A DNA stretch of 64,000 nt from an uncultured Spirochaetota bacterium. GTDB lineage: Bacteria; Spirochaetota; Brevinematia; Brevinematales; JAOACQ01. The stretch covers positions 544,001-608,000 of the forward strand of contig CAWAOD010000009.1 in assembly GCA_963783575.1 (NCBI GenBank). The letters are read 5' to 3'. The position numbers and the translations under genes were made by a program. The notes under the pieces were generated by a model. It did not search any database. It was not told the DNA's origin and saw only the letters and a list, made by a program, of their open reading frames with translations. Position 1 is the stretch's first letter, and each line of letters begins with the position of its first letter. This document shows positions 9,498-19,421 of the stretch, one piece after another.

Positions 9498-11012
9498 ATG
9501 AAAAATGTGAAAATTTTTATCTCTTTTATTCTTGTAATTCTAACATCATCTTTTGATTATGCATCTCAAACCAGGCTGGATTCCTTTAACGCTGAGGGAT
9601 ATATTCCCGATTACGAGTATGACACGATCAATATAAATCCCGCTTTTTTGCTGGATTCCGATAAAATCGGCATATCAGTATATACAGGATTTGAAAATTA
9701 TAAAAGATCTTCAACAACAAGCAACGAATATATGAATTCATCAACCAATATTTCTTCAATGGATAGTAATAATGTATCCTATTTGAATATGAACCCTTCA
9801 TTCTTTATTAACATACCAATATTAACAAATTTAGAAATCGGATTATATTATAATCCTAATATTAATATTGAATATTCATATTATTTCAGTGGTTCTAATC
9901 AAAATTACCCTTATACTTATGAGAATACTTATAATAATTCCATTATAATGCCGCTTTCAATGGATTTATTTCTCGGCGTTAAACTCGGTAATATAAAAGC
10001 CTGCATTGAATACTCAATGATTATTATGTATAACGGATCTACAAATGAACCCAGGGACAACGGAATATTGGATACAAATGCCTATCAAATCGGCGATTCA
10101 AGTTTATCCTCATATGGAGGAAAAGCGGGAGCCTTATTGAATCTCGGGAATATCGATTTAGGAGCGAGCCTTGGTTTCAATTATAGCTCAGTAATTATAA
10201 ATGATCCTTCATATTATTATGCGCCGAACAATTTCTTTCTTGCCCAGGATAATTCGACAGGTTATAATATCTTTCCGACACTATTTATGCAGTATAAATT
10301 TGATGATTATTCCACAATCAGGTTTGTTCTGGATGGCAGATATTCAACCTATACAAAAGATACGTTTTTTAATAAAGATAATTACCTTCAGATTTATCCA
10401 AATTCACAGGATATGCTGAATAACTATAAAATTCAGGCAGTGGATAATGAATATTACGGTAAAATTTCAATGAGTATTTTTAAGGGAGAGCCGCAATTCA
10501 ATCTTTGGTTTGCAGGAATCAACATTATGGGTACTGCAGGAAGCTATACATATAGCTTTAACATAAATCAGAACCCTGTTCAAAGCGGCCAGAAATATAT
10601 TTCGTATGCTAATAATCAGGAAATCAGCAGCTCAATATCAACTGGGTTCGAAGGCAGAGTGATATCTGTTTTCATTCCAAGGGTTGGTATTAATCTTAAT
10701 TTATTCGATTATACCTTTAATCAGAATTCGGTCGTCGACAGCTACAGCGATTCGGCGTTACAAGTTCAGGACACAACAACGGTTTCAAATAGAACGTCCC
10801 AGTATACTTTTTTCAATAATATAACTTTAAGCGCGGGGTTGGGTTACATGCCGGTTGAGAATTTATTAATAGAAGCCGGAATGAATAGTTTTTTTTCGAT
10901 TGGGATTTACAGCCAAACGGATGAACCCGATTTAACGCAGGGAGTCCAGCCGAAAGAAACTTTATCAGGATACGACATTCGCTTATTCCTTAATGTAAGC
11001 TGCTGGTTCTAA
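9498..11012 (+). CDS. Hypothetical exported protein, predicted outer-membrane beta-barrel
   Basis: ggag RBS and signal peptide from ATG 9498; Tyr/Asn/Ser-rich amphipathic strands; C-terminal LFLNVSCWF. Confidence 0.65.
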   Translation: MKNVKIFISFILVILTSSFDYASQTRLDSFNAEGYIPDYEYDTININPAFLLDSDKIGISVYTGFENYKRSSTTSNEYMNSSTNISSMDSNNVSYLNMNPSFFINIPILTNLEIGLYYNPNINIEYSYYFSGSNQNYPYTYENTYNNSIIMPLSMDLFLGVKLGNIKACIEYSMIIMYNGSTNEPRDNGILDTNAYQIGDSSLSSYGGKAGALLNLGNIDLGASLGFNYSSVIINDPSYYYAPNNFFLAQDNSTGYNIFPTLFMQYKFDDYSTIRFVLDGRYSTYTKDTFFNKDNYLQIYPNSQDMLNNYKIQAVDNEYYGKISMSIFKGEPQFNLWFAGINIMGTAGSYTYSFNINQNPVQSGQKYISYANNQEISSSISTGFEGRVISVFIPRVGINLNLFDYTFNQNSVVDSYSDSALQVQDTTTVSNRTSQYTFFNNITLSAGLGYMPVENLLIEAGMNSFFSIGIYSQTDEPDLTQGVQPKETLSGYDIRLFLNVSCWF

Positions 11013-11025
11013 AACCGTATATTTA

Positions 11026-11448
11026 TCATAAAAGTTCTTTCAATTGATTGGATATATCTTTTTGTTTATCGCGTAGTTTTGAATTCAATTTTTCTTTATA
11101 CCGGTGGATTGAAATTGAAAAAAGAATACTAATTATTTCCGATAAAATTACCAGAAAAGTTAAATATTGTATTTTTTTAAGCCCAAAAGCATATGCGCCG
11201 GTAAAAGTTCCAACTGCGCTTATTATTATTAATGCCAGGTAAGAGAAGAACAGTTTATGGGTTTTCAGAATTTTATAAAAAAAGAGTGATGCCGCAATGT
11301 TGGAACAGCCGATGCAGATTCCTATAAACCCGCCTTTCAGCATAAAATCAAGCATAGGCGATTTTTCTATAAAAATTATCGGGAGTCCTGCGATACTTCC
11401 TAATATAAACGAGCAAATCAATACAATTATGATCTCAAACCACGCCAT
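11026..11448 (-). CDS. Hypothetical four-TM membrane protein, partner of LytTR
   Basis: Four hydrophobic segments and charged C-tail; 12 bp downstream of the LytTR gene. Confidence 0.7.
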   Translation of the reverse strand: MAWFEIIIVLICSFILGSIAGLPIIFIEKSPMLDFMLKGGFIGICIGCSNIAASLFFYKILKTHKLFFSYLALIIISAVGTFTGAYAFGLKKIQYLTFLVILSEIISILFSISIHRYKEKLNSKLRDKQKDISNQLKELL

Positions 11449-11460
11449 AAACTTCTCCCG

Positions 11461-12009
11461 TCATATTCCCAGGAATTCCTTGAATTCCCGCACATAATTT
11501 CTGGATACTTCGATCTCTTCCTTTCTGTTTTTCATTTTCAGGAGAAGTCTTCCGCCAAACCAGGGGTAAACCTCTTGAACCTGAATGATATTAATAATAT
11601 ATGATTTACTAATCCTTATAAATCCGGCTTCAATGTATTCTTTTTCTATTTCATAGAGTTTTTTCGAAATCTCAAAACGGTTATCCCCGGATTGGCAGAA
11701 CACGGTGTTTCCATCCGCTAAAAAATAATTTATTTCATTAATATTAATAAGATTATATGATTCCCCCTTCCTGCCGGCAAGGATCGTGTTCATCCTGGTT
11801 GTTCCCTGAGCCTGGATGCTGTCAAGAAAATCCAAAAGGGAATTTATTTCCTTTTCATCGAAAACAATAGTAATGCCATTTTCCGAGACTGGAAAATTTT
11901 TATCGGCGATATGGAAATTTGAACCGGTTGAAATATCAATATTCCTTGCCTGAAGCAGTTCAACCAGAATTCTTTTATTCAATTCCGAGCATAGCAGATC
12001 AACGGTCAT
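11461..12009 (-). CDS. LytTR-family DNA-binding regulator lacking a canonical receiver domain
   Basis: KLYEIEK, GFIRISKSYIIN, IEVSRNYVREFKEFLGI; start 12009 after gaaagga RBS. Confidence 0.88.
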   Translation of the reverse strand: MTVDLLCSELNKRILVELLQARNIDISTGSNFHIADKNFPVSENGITIVFDEKEINSLLDFLDSIQAQGTTRMNTILAGRKGESYNLININEINYFLADGNTVFCQSGDNRFEISKKLYEIEKEYIEAGFIRISKSYIINIIQVQEVYPWFGGRLLLKMKNRKEEIEVSRNYVREFKEFLGI

Positions 12010-12089
12010 TTTAGGTTCCTTTCTAATTTTAATATTAGGATATATTTTATTACCATTTTTTTCAAGCAAATGCAGAAATAATATGATCG

Positions 12090-13661
12090 TTAAAAGGGAA
12101 AATCATCCTGATTCTTCATTAAACCGGATTTATCATTCAATTCTCTGCTTGGTGGCATTATTTCCTTTTTTCTGGCTATGGATTGTATGACCAGCCCTTC
12201 TACATAAATGGCCTTCGGATTGACAGGGCAGGCATACTCGCATGCGCCGCAGCCCACGCATACCGCCTGGTCGACAATGGGAGCAAAAAGTCCCTTTTTT
12301 TTATAAGGAATCACATCAACAGCTTTGGTGGGGCAGTGTTCCGAGCATGCCGTACAGGGTTTCTCCTTCTGGTATACTATGCAGTTATCTTTTAATAGAT
12401 TTGCCTGGCCTATCTGCTTAAGACTTTTTTCAATCTCTGTCAATTTATTCAGCGCTCCAGTGGGGCAAACCTCGGTACATCTGGTACATTCATAAAGACA
12501 ATAACCCCTATCATAATCAAGCCTTGGCTGAAGAATTGAAAATATCCCATATTCAAGAACGGAAGGCCGGATTATCTGATTCGGGCATACAGCCGTGCAT
12601 AGATTACAGGCTGTACAGCGTTCCGTAAAAAGCCTTCGGGCCTTTGCTCCGGGAGGCATTACCGCTTCTTTTTTTTTGAATGGAAGGAATTTGCTGTAAA
12701 CCGAAGCGTTTATAAAACGCGGTAACAGCAAAATAAGAATAATTATTGAACTCGTTTTAATTGAGGTTTTTATAAATTCCCGCCTCGAATTTGTGCTTTT
12801 ATTTTCAGGCTGAAAATTTTTAATTTTTTGCGGAAAACCATAGGTGATTGCTTTTACTGGGCAAACATCCATACAATCCATACAGGAGACACAGCGGTAA
12901 GAATCGATTGATTTATTTACCGTATCAATGCACTCAGAGCGGCAAATCCCGGTGCAAAGCCCGCATTTCAAACAATGCTCTTTATTTATCCGGAACTTAA
13001 AAATCTGTGTCCTTGATAAAATGCTAAGCACTGCTCCGGTAGGACACAAAAGATTACAATAAATCCTGCCCCGGAAAAAAGAAAGAAAACCTATTAAGGC
13101 AAAAAATACTGCCGAATAAACTAATACCGGAATTCCCGGATAATAATCCGTCATAGGTTTTAAGAATGTAAGTCCGGCGTGGTTGAAAATATATGAAATG
13201 TTGTTGTTAATCAGGTTTAGAACCGGCCTGAAAAGATTGGTTGTTATCCTGCCGAATACACTGAAAGGCTCAAAGTAAATAAAGAAAAAATTCATACCCA
13301 GTATGAAAATAATTATATATATGGCAAAAAATCCATAATGAAAGTAAAATAGCGGTTTATGATAACGGAAAATCATTTTCTTGAAAAATTTTTTCTTTAT
13401 GAAGATAAAAAAGTCCTGCAGTGTCCCTAGAGGGCAGATTAATGAACAGTACCATCTTCCGAAAAAAGCCGATAGAGCCAGAATAAAAAGAATAATTATT
13501 GATGAGATGGAAAAAGCGGTGATAAATTTAAAAATTCCAGGAAAAATCTGCAATACAGGTAAAATATTGCTTAAAATGTTCGATATTTCAAGCAGGCGGA
13601 GAAACAGAAAAAAATATAGGGTAAAAAAAATAATGCTTATAATAATCCGTATAATTTTCAA
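12090..13661 (-). CDS. Membrane 4Fe-4S polyferredoxin (NapH/MauN-like fused to MauM/NapG-like domain)
   Basis: FGRWYCSLICPLG, GRIYCNLLCPTG, several CxxCxxCxxxCP motifs, internal SRREFIK. Confidence 0.88.
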   Translation of the reverse strand: MKIIRIIISIIFFTLYFFLFLRLLEISNILSNILPVLQIFPGIFKFITAFSISSIIILFILALSAFFGRWYCSLICPLGTLQDFFIFIKKKFFKKMIFRYHKPLFYFHYGFFAIYIIIFILGMNFFFIYFEPFSVFGRITTNLFRPVLNLINNNISYIFNHAGLTFLKPMTDYYPGIPVLVYSAVFFALIGFLSFFRGRIYCNLLCPTGAVLSILSRTQIFKFRINKEHCLKCGLCTGICRSECIDTVNKSIDSYRCVSCMDCMDVCPVKAITYGFPQKIKNFQPENKSTNSRREFIKTSIKTSSIIILILLLPRFINASVYSKFLPFKKKEAVMPPGAKARRLFTERCTACNLCTAVCPNQIIRPSVLEYGIFSILQPRLDYDRGYCLYECTRCTEVCPTGALNKLTEIEKSLKQIGQANLLKDNCIVYQKEKPCTACSEHCPTKAVDVIPYKKKGLFAPIVDQAVCVGCGACEYACPVNPKAIYVEGLVIQSIARKKEIMPPSRELNDKSGLMKNQDDFPF

Positions 13662-13673
13662 TCAAATACCCGG

Positions 13674-14591
13674 TTAAAGAGAAATTCTTTTAATATTCCG
13701 GCCTTCTGTTGACATATTTCCGACATGCCGTTCATGTGCGAGCCTAATGTGGCTGATATCTGCCGGATCGCTGAAGCCGAAAATTTTAGCCGCAGCGGCA
13801 TCAGCTAGAACAATATCGGTAGAGATCAAAAGATTTTTTAAAATATCCGGTTTATTACCCTGTAGGCCTCGCGGGCCGTATTGTTTCATTACAGCATAAG
13901 CATCGACAACAGTAAGGTCCGGTTTGCGGAATTTTGCGAAATCGACAATACAACCGTCAAGATCGCCATGCCAGTAGTTTCTGTTGTAAACAACTCCCAT
14001 TAAATTTTTCATCCCTATTGTAAGCTGGGTAGACGAATGGCTTTTTAAAACCGGTACATTTATGAATACATCAGCTTCCATAAAGGCTTCGTGTACTTCC
14101 GCATCCGGCAATGAAGAAGCCCCGGGAATTTTTACTTTTTGATAATATTTTCTTTCTTCTCCCGGTATTATTATTGCTCCTGCGTCTCTGGCGGCTTTCT
14201 CGATACCGCTTTTCTTGTAGCTTTCCTGGTTATTATCACAGGAATGGTCGAAAACGGTAACCTTTTTTGCACCCGCTTCAAGGCAATGTTCAATAATCCT
14301 GGTTATCAGTCCGGGATTTGTTGTCGCCGCCATTTCCGGTTCAACCGCCCAGCCGATATTCGGTTTAACCAGCACAGTCTGGCCTTTTTTTACAAAATTA
14401 CCCATTCCTCCGAAAGCCGCAATTCCCGCGTCAAACATCGCTTCGGGTTCTCCCCCCCGAACAGCGGCCATTTCAAGCGCTGATGCAGGTTTATCCAGCC
14501 CGAATAGAAAATCTGTTTTACTTAATATTGCGGCTGCTCCGGCTGCCGCACCGATTCGTACGGTCTTTCTGAAGAATTCCCTTCGATCCAT
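13674..14591 (-). CDS. DUF362 Fe-S protein with twin-arginine signal peptide
   Basis: MDRREFFRK Tat signal; VLVKPNIGW, INVPVLKSH, GMKNLMG. Confidence 0.9.
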   Translation of the reverse strand: MDRREFFRKTVRIGAAAGAAAILSKTDFLFGLDKPASALEMAAVRGGEPEAMFDAGIAAFGGMGNFVKKGQTVLVKPNIGWAVEPEMAATTNPGLITRIIEHCLEAGAKKVTVFDHSCDNNQESYKKSGIEKAARDAGAIIIPGEERKYYQKVKIPGASSLPDAEVHEAFMEADVFINVPVLKSHSSTQLTIGMKNLMGVVYNRNYWHGDLDGCIVDFAKFRKPDLTVVDAYAVMKQYGPRGLQGNKPDILKNLLISTDIVLADAAAAKIFGFSDPADISHIRLAHERHVGNMSTEGRNIKRISL

Positions 14592-14690
14592 ACAAACCTC
14601 CTATTTTAATGTTATATTTTATAATTTCAGAATTACAAATTACAATAGTCCTTTCAGCTCATTTTCAATGCTGCCGATTGATAATAAAAT

Positions 14691-15407
14691 TTAAACCTTT
14701 TTTTCAATAAACCTGCCGATTATAAGTGTCAGTTCAAAAAGAAGGTATAGCGGTATACCGACAAGCATCTGGGATAAAATGTCGGGAGGAGAAAATATGC
14801 CTGAAATTACTGCTATCAGGACAATAATATGCTTTCTATACTTTGATAATGTTTTTACCGTTAGAACTCCAAATCTTATCAATATAAGTAAAAACAACGG
14901 CGTCTGAAATAAAAACCCCAAAATTACCAGAAAATTAATCAATAAATCATAGTAATCCTTCATTCCCCATAAGGGCATAATATTGTCTCCGGAGCCGAAT
15001 GTTATAAAAAAATGTATGGCTGCGGGAATGATAAGCCGGTAAGCAAAAAGCGCCCCGCCTGTAAAAATTACTGGTATTATTATTATTCCTATAACAAACG
15101 GCGCTTTTTCACTTTTTTGAAGCGCTGGAAATACAAAAGATGTTACCTGGAAAAGAGTGAAAGGTGTGGATAATACAGCGCCCATGAGAAAAGCCAGCTT
15201 CATATATACAAGGAACTTCTCAAAAGGTTTGAAATAATTTAAGTGAATACTGAGCCTTGAAAGCGGTTCCTGAAAAAAGAAAACAGCTTTTTCCGTAAAA
15301 AAAAGGGAAATGATAAAACACGCGAAGAAAACCGCCAGAACCGATATGATTTTATGTCGCAGAACCTCCAGATGATCAAGATAGGTCAATTTATTTTTCC
15401 CGGCCAT
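14691..15407 (-). CDS. tatC: Twin-arginine translocase subunit TatC
   Basis: LDHLEVLR, FVFPAL...EK, FQTP, SPPDILSQ, PLYLLFE. Confidence 0.93.
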   Translation of the reverse strand: MAGKNKLTYLDHLEVLRHKIISVLAVFFACFIISLFFTEKAVFFFQEPLSRLSIHLNYFKPFEKFLVYMKLAFLMGAVLSTPFTLFQVTSFVFPALQKSEKAPFVIGIIIIPVIFTGGALFAYRLIIPAAIHFFITFGSGDNIMPLWGMKDYYDLLINFLVILGFLFQTPLFLLILIRFGVLTVKTLSKYRKHIIVLIAVISGIFSPPDILSQMLVGIPLYLLFELTLIIGRFIEKKV

Positions 15408-15412
15408 AATTT

Positions 15413-15658
15413 TTATTGTTTACTTTTATTTATATTTCTTTTAACGTTCTTTTTTACTGCATTTTTTTTTCTTGGAGCGGATGTTTTTTTTACAGAATCA
15501 GTTTTTTTCTCTGGTTCCTCATCAAGGCCTTCAAGGCCTTTTTTGAATTCGCGGACGCCTTTACCGAAAGACCGGGCCAATTCAGGTATCCTGTTTGCTC
15601 CGAAAAGTATCAGAATGATCAGAACTATGACCAGGATGTGACCCCAGCTTATACCCAT
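15413..15658 (-). CDS. tatA: Twin-arginine translocase subunit TatA
   Basis: ILFGANRIPELARSFGKGVREFKKGL. Confidence 0.95.
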   Translation of the reverse strand: MGISWGHILVIVLIILILFGANRIPELARSFGKGVREFKKGLEGLDEEPEKKTDSVKKTSAPRKKNAVKKNVKRNINKSKQ

Positions 15659-15735
15659 TATACGCCTCTTTTAAAATATGTATATTTTATATTATTGGCT
15701 GAATTCTGTCAAAAACGGAAACTTCATATGAGACA

Positions 15736-16656
15736 TCATCCGGAAGCTGCAGATAAATAGTTTGTTCCGTATGGATTGTATATTAAATTGATCTTAGATG
15801 GGAAAATCCTTACATCGAATCTTTTGCCGTAAAAAAGCTCCCCATCCATATGAACGACGACATCCTCATCGGTTTCAATAAGTATTTTATCAACCTGAAA
15901 ATACTCTACAACCTTATCGTATATATGACTGCCTTTTAGAACTGCTAAAAGTTCCTTAATCCGGACAAGCAAAGATAGTTTCTTTACGGAACAGATATCA
16001 AATAACCCGTCATTCGCTACTGCCAGTGGGGTTAAAGCAAAACCGCCTCCGAATCTCCTTCCGTTTCCAATGGTTGTGATAAAATATCTGGCATCGCTTA
16101 TCTTTCCGTTTGCAGAAATACGCATCTTTTTCTCTTTATAAAAGAGTAAATTCTTAAACACCTGCCGCCAGTAACTTGATTTTTTCCCGCTATTTGCCTG
16201 CATATCATTGAAATTTTCGGAAGCCACCTGCGCATCAAAACCGAACCCGATTCCATTTATAAAATAACGGTCATTACATAAACCGACATCCAGTTTTACG
16301 GTATGCAATTCAAAAAATATATCCCAGTCCCTGCTTGTGAAATGTTCTGAAAACCCCAGAATATGAATAAAATCATTTCCAGTACCCGCTGAAACAGTAC
16401 CGAATGTAATATTCTCCCTGTCAACAAGAGCCTGCGCGGCCTCATTAAATGTTCCATCCCCGCCGACCGCAATAATATAACGGTATCCCTTATCGGCATA
16501 AACTCTTGCTATTTCTGTAGCATGACCTTTTCTTTGCGTAAAAGTAATTTCGGCTTCAAGATGATGCAGTTTTATCATTTCTTTAACCGTTTCAGCAAAT
16601 TGACCGGCGTAACCGTTCCCAGCTACAGGATTGATAATAAATGCCCATCTCTCCAT
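15736..16656 (-). CDS. YegS/DgkB-like diacylglycerol kinase family lipid kinase
   Basis: IINPVAGNG, VGGDGTFNE, GTGNDF, GFDA, DGLFD, DGE. Confidence 0.92.
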   Translation of the reverse strand: MERWAFIINPVAGNGYAGQFAETVKEMIKLHHLEAEITFTQRKGHATEIARVYADKGYRYIIAVGGDGTFNEAAQALVDRENITFGTVSAGTGNDFIHILGFSEHFTSRDWDIFFELHTVKLDVGLCNDRYFINGIGFGFDAQVASENFNDMQANSGKKSSYWRQVFKNLLFYKEKKMRISANGKISDARYFITTIGNGRRFGGGFALTPLAVANDGLFDICSVKKLSLLVRIKELLAVLKGSHIYDKVVEYFQVDKILIETDEDVVVHMDGELFYGKRFDVRIFPSKINLIYNPYGTNYLSAASG

Positions 16657-16689
16657 AATTAAACACCGCCAATTAAACAGAGTGTGATT

Positions 16690-17329
16690 TCAATCTTCTT
16701 TTCCCGTGCAATTAATGCAAAACTTTCCTTTAGCCTTCTCAAAAGATTCTTTGCCTTCAATAAAAGAATAATATGCGATGCCCAGTGCCCCGATGGAATC
16801 AATATAACCGATTCTGAAAAAAGAGTATAACACACTTGATAAAAGAAGTATAGCGGATAAATAAATGCATGTTTTTTGTGCAATCGGCATCGGCAAGAAT
16901 AGCATCGGAATTTAATCTCTTGCCGGCGTATTTCTTTAAATTCATCAGGAACACCATCGATACGATCGATACTATCGAAATTATTATTCCCCAAAAAGTT
17001 GTAGAAGGTTTATGACCCAGATACAAATTGTAAATAACTGTCAGCATTAAACCTGCGGTTAATATATAAAAAGAAATTCCTGTTATCCTAAGAGCCGTTT
17101 TTTCAAATTTATCATTCTTTTCTTCATTATTCCGGTTCAGGCGAACAATCATACGCCAGATTCCAATACCTGACAATACTTCGATAAAAGAATCCAGGCC
17201 GAATCCGAACAACGTCAGGGACTCATCGGCTGCGCCGAAATAGACCGATGCCAGCCCCTCCAGAATATTGTAAAATACGGTTATTACCGCAAGCACTAAT
17301 GCCAGATTCCATAATTTATTATTTTCCAT
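16690..17329 (-). CDS. Cation efflux (CDF-like) membrane transporter, frameshifted in an A6 run near 16872
   Basis: YNILEG, FGLDSFIE, ADADCTK; removing one A restores CTKTCIYLSAILL...DSIGAL...EGKE of ORF 16690-16905. Confidence 0.8.
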
Positions 17330-17348
17330 TAAGACCTCAAACTTTTCT

Positions 17349-17786
17349 TTAGGCCATACTGCATTCTTTACAGATACCGTAAAGATCCAGGCGGTGTCGT
17401 ATTAATTTAAAACCGTATTTTAAAGCGATACCTTCCTGGAGCTTTTCAATCTCGGGACTGCTCACTTCTATCAATTTACCGCATTTTATACAGACCATAT
17501 GATCGTGGTGGAGATATTCATCCCTGAGTTCATACCTTACTTTACCGTCCTCCAGGTGAAGTTCATTACAAATACCGCACTTTGTAAACAGTTTAAGCGA
17601 ACGGTATACTGTGGCAATCCCAATTCCCGGGTATTTTTCAGAAATCAGCCTGTGCAGTTCTTCAGCGGATTGATGTTTGCCGGTTTGATACAGAATTTCA
17701 AGAATTTCTTCCCTCTGCTTGCTGAACCTTAAATGATTTTTAGTGATGTAGGCATTTAAAACAACCAATTTTTCTTTTAATGGCAA
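17349..17786 (-). CDS. fur: Fur-family transcriptional repressor
   Basis: QREEIL, HQSAEEL, IATVYRSL, HHDHMVCIKCG, YGICKEC. Likely TTG start at 17786 after aagaaggg. Confidence 0.85.
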   Translation of the reverse strand: MPLKEKLVVLNAYITKNHLRFSKQREEILEILYQTGKHQSAEELHRLISEKYPGIGIATVYRSLKLFTKCGICNELHLEDGKVRYELRDEYLHHDHMVCIKCGKLIEVSSPEIEKLQEGIALKYGFKLIRHRLDLYGICKECSMA

Positions 17787-17801
17787 TTTACCCTTCTTAT
17801 T

Positions 17802-17846
17802 GATAGTAATAATTATTATTGTAGAAACAATAAATATTTTCGTCAA
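17802..17846 (-). promoter_or_regulatory. Sigma70 promoter with overlapping Fur-box-like site
   Basis: Minus strand TTGACG (17846-17841), N17, TACAAT (17823-17818). gatagtaataattattatt (17802-17820) matches GATAATGATAATCATTATC at 15/19; the region is AT-rich, so a chance match is possible. Confidence 0.55.
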
Positions 17847-17940
17847 TTATTGTGAATTATTTATTGATAATACTGATAAGATATTTTGATTATTTTTATA
17901 TGAAGGCTTCTTTATTTTTTATAATTGGTCCGGTGTATAA

Positions 17941-18065
17941 ATAAAGATCCTCGAGGTATTAAAATCAGAAAAACTGAAAGTATCTTATATTGGAATTCCC
18001 TCGGTAGAGCTCGGGATAAACTCCGCATAGCTTTGAGGAATTAAACTGGTCAAGCGGCACGCTTG
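17941..18065. repeat. Palindromic non-autonomous repeat element, copy A (abuts glyA stop codon)
   Basis: Aligns with 43415-43511 (ggtattaaa.tc.gaa.aactg...atctt...tggaatt...cgg.agagctcgggataaactc). Ends in cacgcttg immediately before the glyA stop. Confidence 0.75.
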
Positions 18066-19343
18066 TTAAGATAAAATCAACCCTGGTACCGGAAACTTCA
18101 GGCACATCTCTTCAACTTCTTTTTTTACGATTTCCAGTTCAGTTTCATTCTTATAACTTTTGAGCGCCCGGATAATCCATCCGCCGATTTTTATCATTTC
18201 GGATTCCTTCATTCCCCGTGTTGTGGCAGCCGGAGTTCCAAGCCTGATACCGCTTGGTTTTAGAGGCGGATTTGGGTCATCTGGTATAACCTGTTTATTT
18301 GTAGTTATTGAAACCCTGTCAAGTACCTGTTCAGCCAGTTTACCGTCAATACCGAAACTCTTTACTGTATCAAGAACCATCATATGGTTATCCGTACCGT
18401 TCGTAACAAGTCTGGCACCTTTTTCCATTAGAGTTTGTGAAAGTACTTTTGCATTATTCAATATCTGTACGGCATAATCTTTAAACCCGGGTTCAAGGGC
18501 CTTGCCTAAGGTAACTGCAATAGCCGCGACCGTATGCATATGCGGACCTCCCTGCAGGCCTGGGAACACAGATTTATCAATGATGCCGGAGTACTGCTGT
18601 CTGCACATAATCAGTGCACCTCTTGGCCCTCTGAGGCTTTTATGGGTCGTTGCCGTAACTATATCGAATCCGTAATCAAAGGGGTTTTTCATAACCCCTC
18701 CGGCTATTAAACCGCCTATGTGAGCAACATCTGCCATGGTTAAAGCCCCAACCTCATCAGCAACGGCTTTAAAATCCTTATAATCGTAATCCCTGGGGTA
18801 GGATGTATAGCCACAAAGAACGATTTTGGGTTTTGTTTCCCTCGCAATTTTCATGAGATGGTCAAAATCGATTTTTCCCTTATTTTCCGGGTCTGTTTTA
18901 TAGCGGACAAAATTGAATATTTTTCCCATATGTGATACGGGTGCTCCATGGGTTAAATGTCCTCCATGGGAAAGATCCATTCCCAGAACTGTGTCACCGG
19001 GCTTCAGAAAGGCGAGGTAAACAGCCTGGTTCATCGGTGAACCCGACAAGGCCTGAACATTGACGTGTTCACAGCGGAAAAGCCTTTTTGCCCTTTCAAT
19101 TGCCAGAAGCTCGATTTTGTCGGTAAATTCCTGGCCCCCGTAATATCTCCTGCCTGGATATCCTTCCGAATATTTGTTTGTGAAAACTGAGCCGTTTGCG
19201 GCAAGTACTTCAGGGTAGGTATAATTTTCAGACGGGATAAGTTCAATTCCCTTTTTTTCCCTAATTTCTTCCCCAAGAATTGCATTAAATACTTCAGGAT
19301 CGTTATTTTTCAGCATCTCCCAATTCTTATCCATAATTTTCAT
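18066..19343 (-). CDS. glyA: Serine hydroxymethyltransferase
   Basis: ELIPSEN, NKYSEGYPGRRYYGG, GGHLTHG, TTHKSLRGPRG, FPGLQGGP, SGIRLGTPA. Confidence 0.98.
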   Translation of the reverse strand: MKIMDKNWEMLKNNDPEVFNAILGEEIREKKGIELIPSENYTYPEVLAANGSVFTNKYSEGYPGRRYYGGQEFTDKIELLAIERAKRLFRCEHVNVQALSGSPMNQAVYLAFLKPGDTVLGMDLSHGGHLTHGAPVSHMGKIFNFVRYKTDPENKGKIDFDHLMKIARETKPKIVLCGYTSYPRDYDYKDFKAVADEVGALTMADVAHIGGLIAGGVMKNPFDYGFDIVTATTHKSLRGPRGALIMCRQQYSGIIDKSVFPGLQGGPHMHTVAAIAVTLGKALEPGFKDYAVQILNNAKVLSQTLMEKGARLVTNGTDNHMMVLDTVKSFGIDGKLAEQVLDRVSITTNKQVIPDDPNPPLKPSGIRLGTPAATTRGMKESEMIKIGGWIIRALKSYKNETELEIVKKEVEEMCLKFPVPGLILS

Positions 19344-19421
19344 CCTTTTTAATAATTAATTAGATGATATTATATATGACCGGTTTTAAAAACTCAAAAA
19401 CTTGACCGGATTTTCTAAAAA

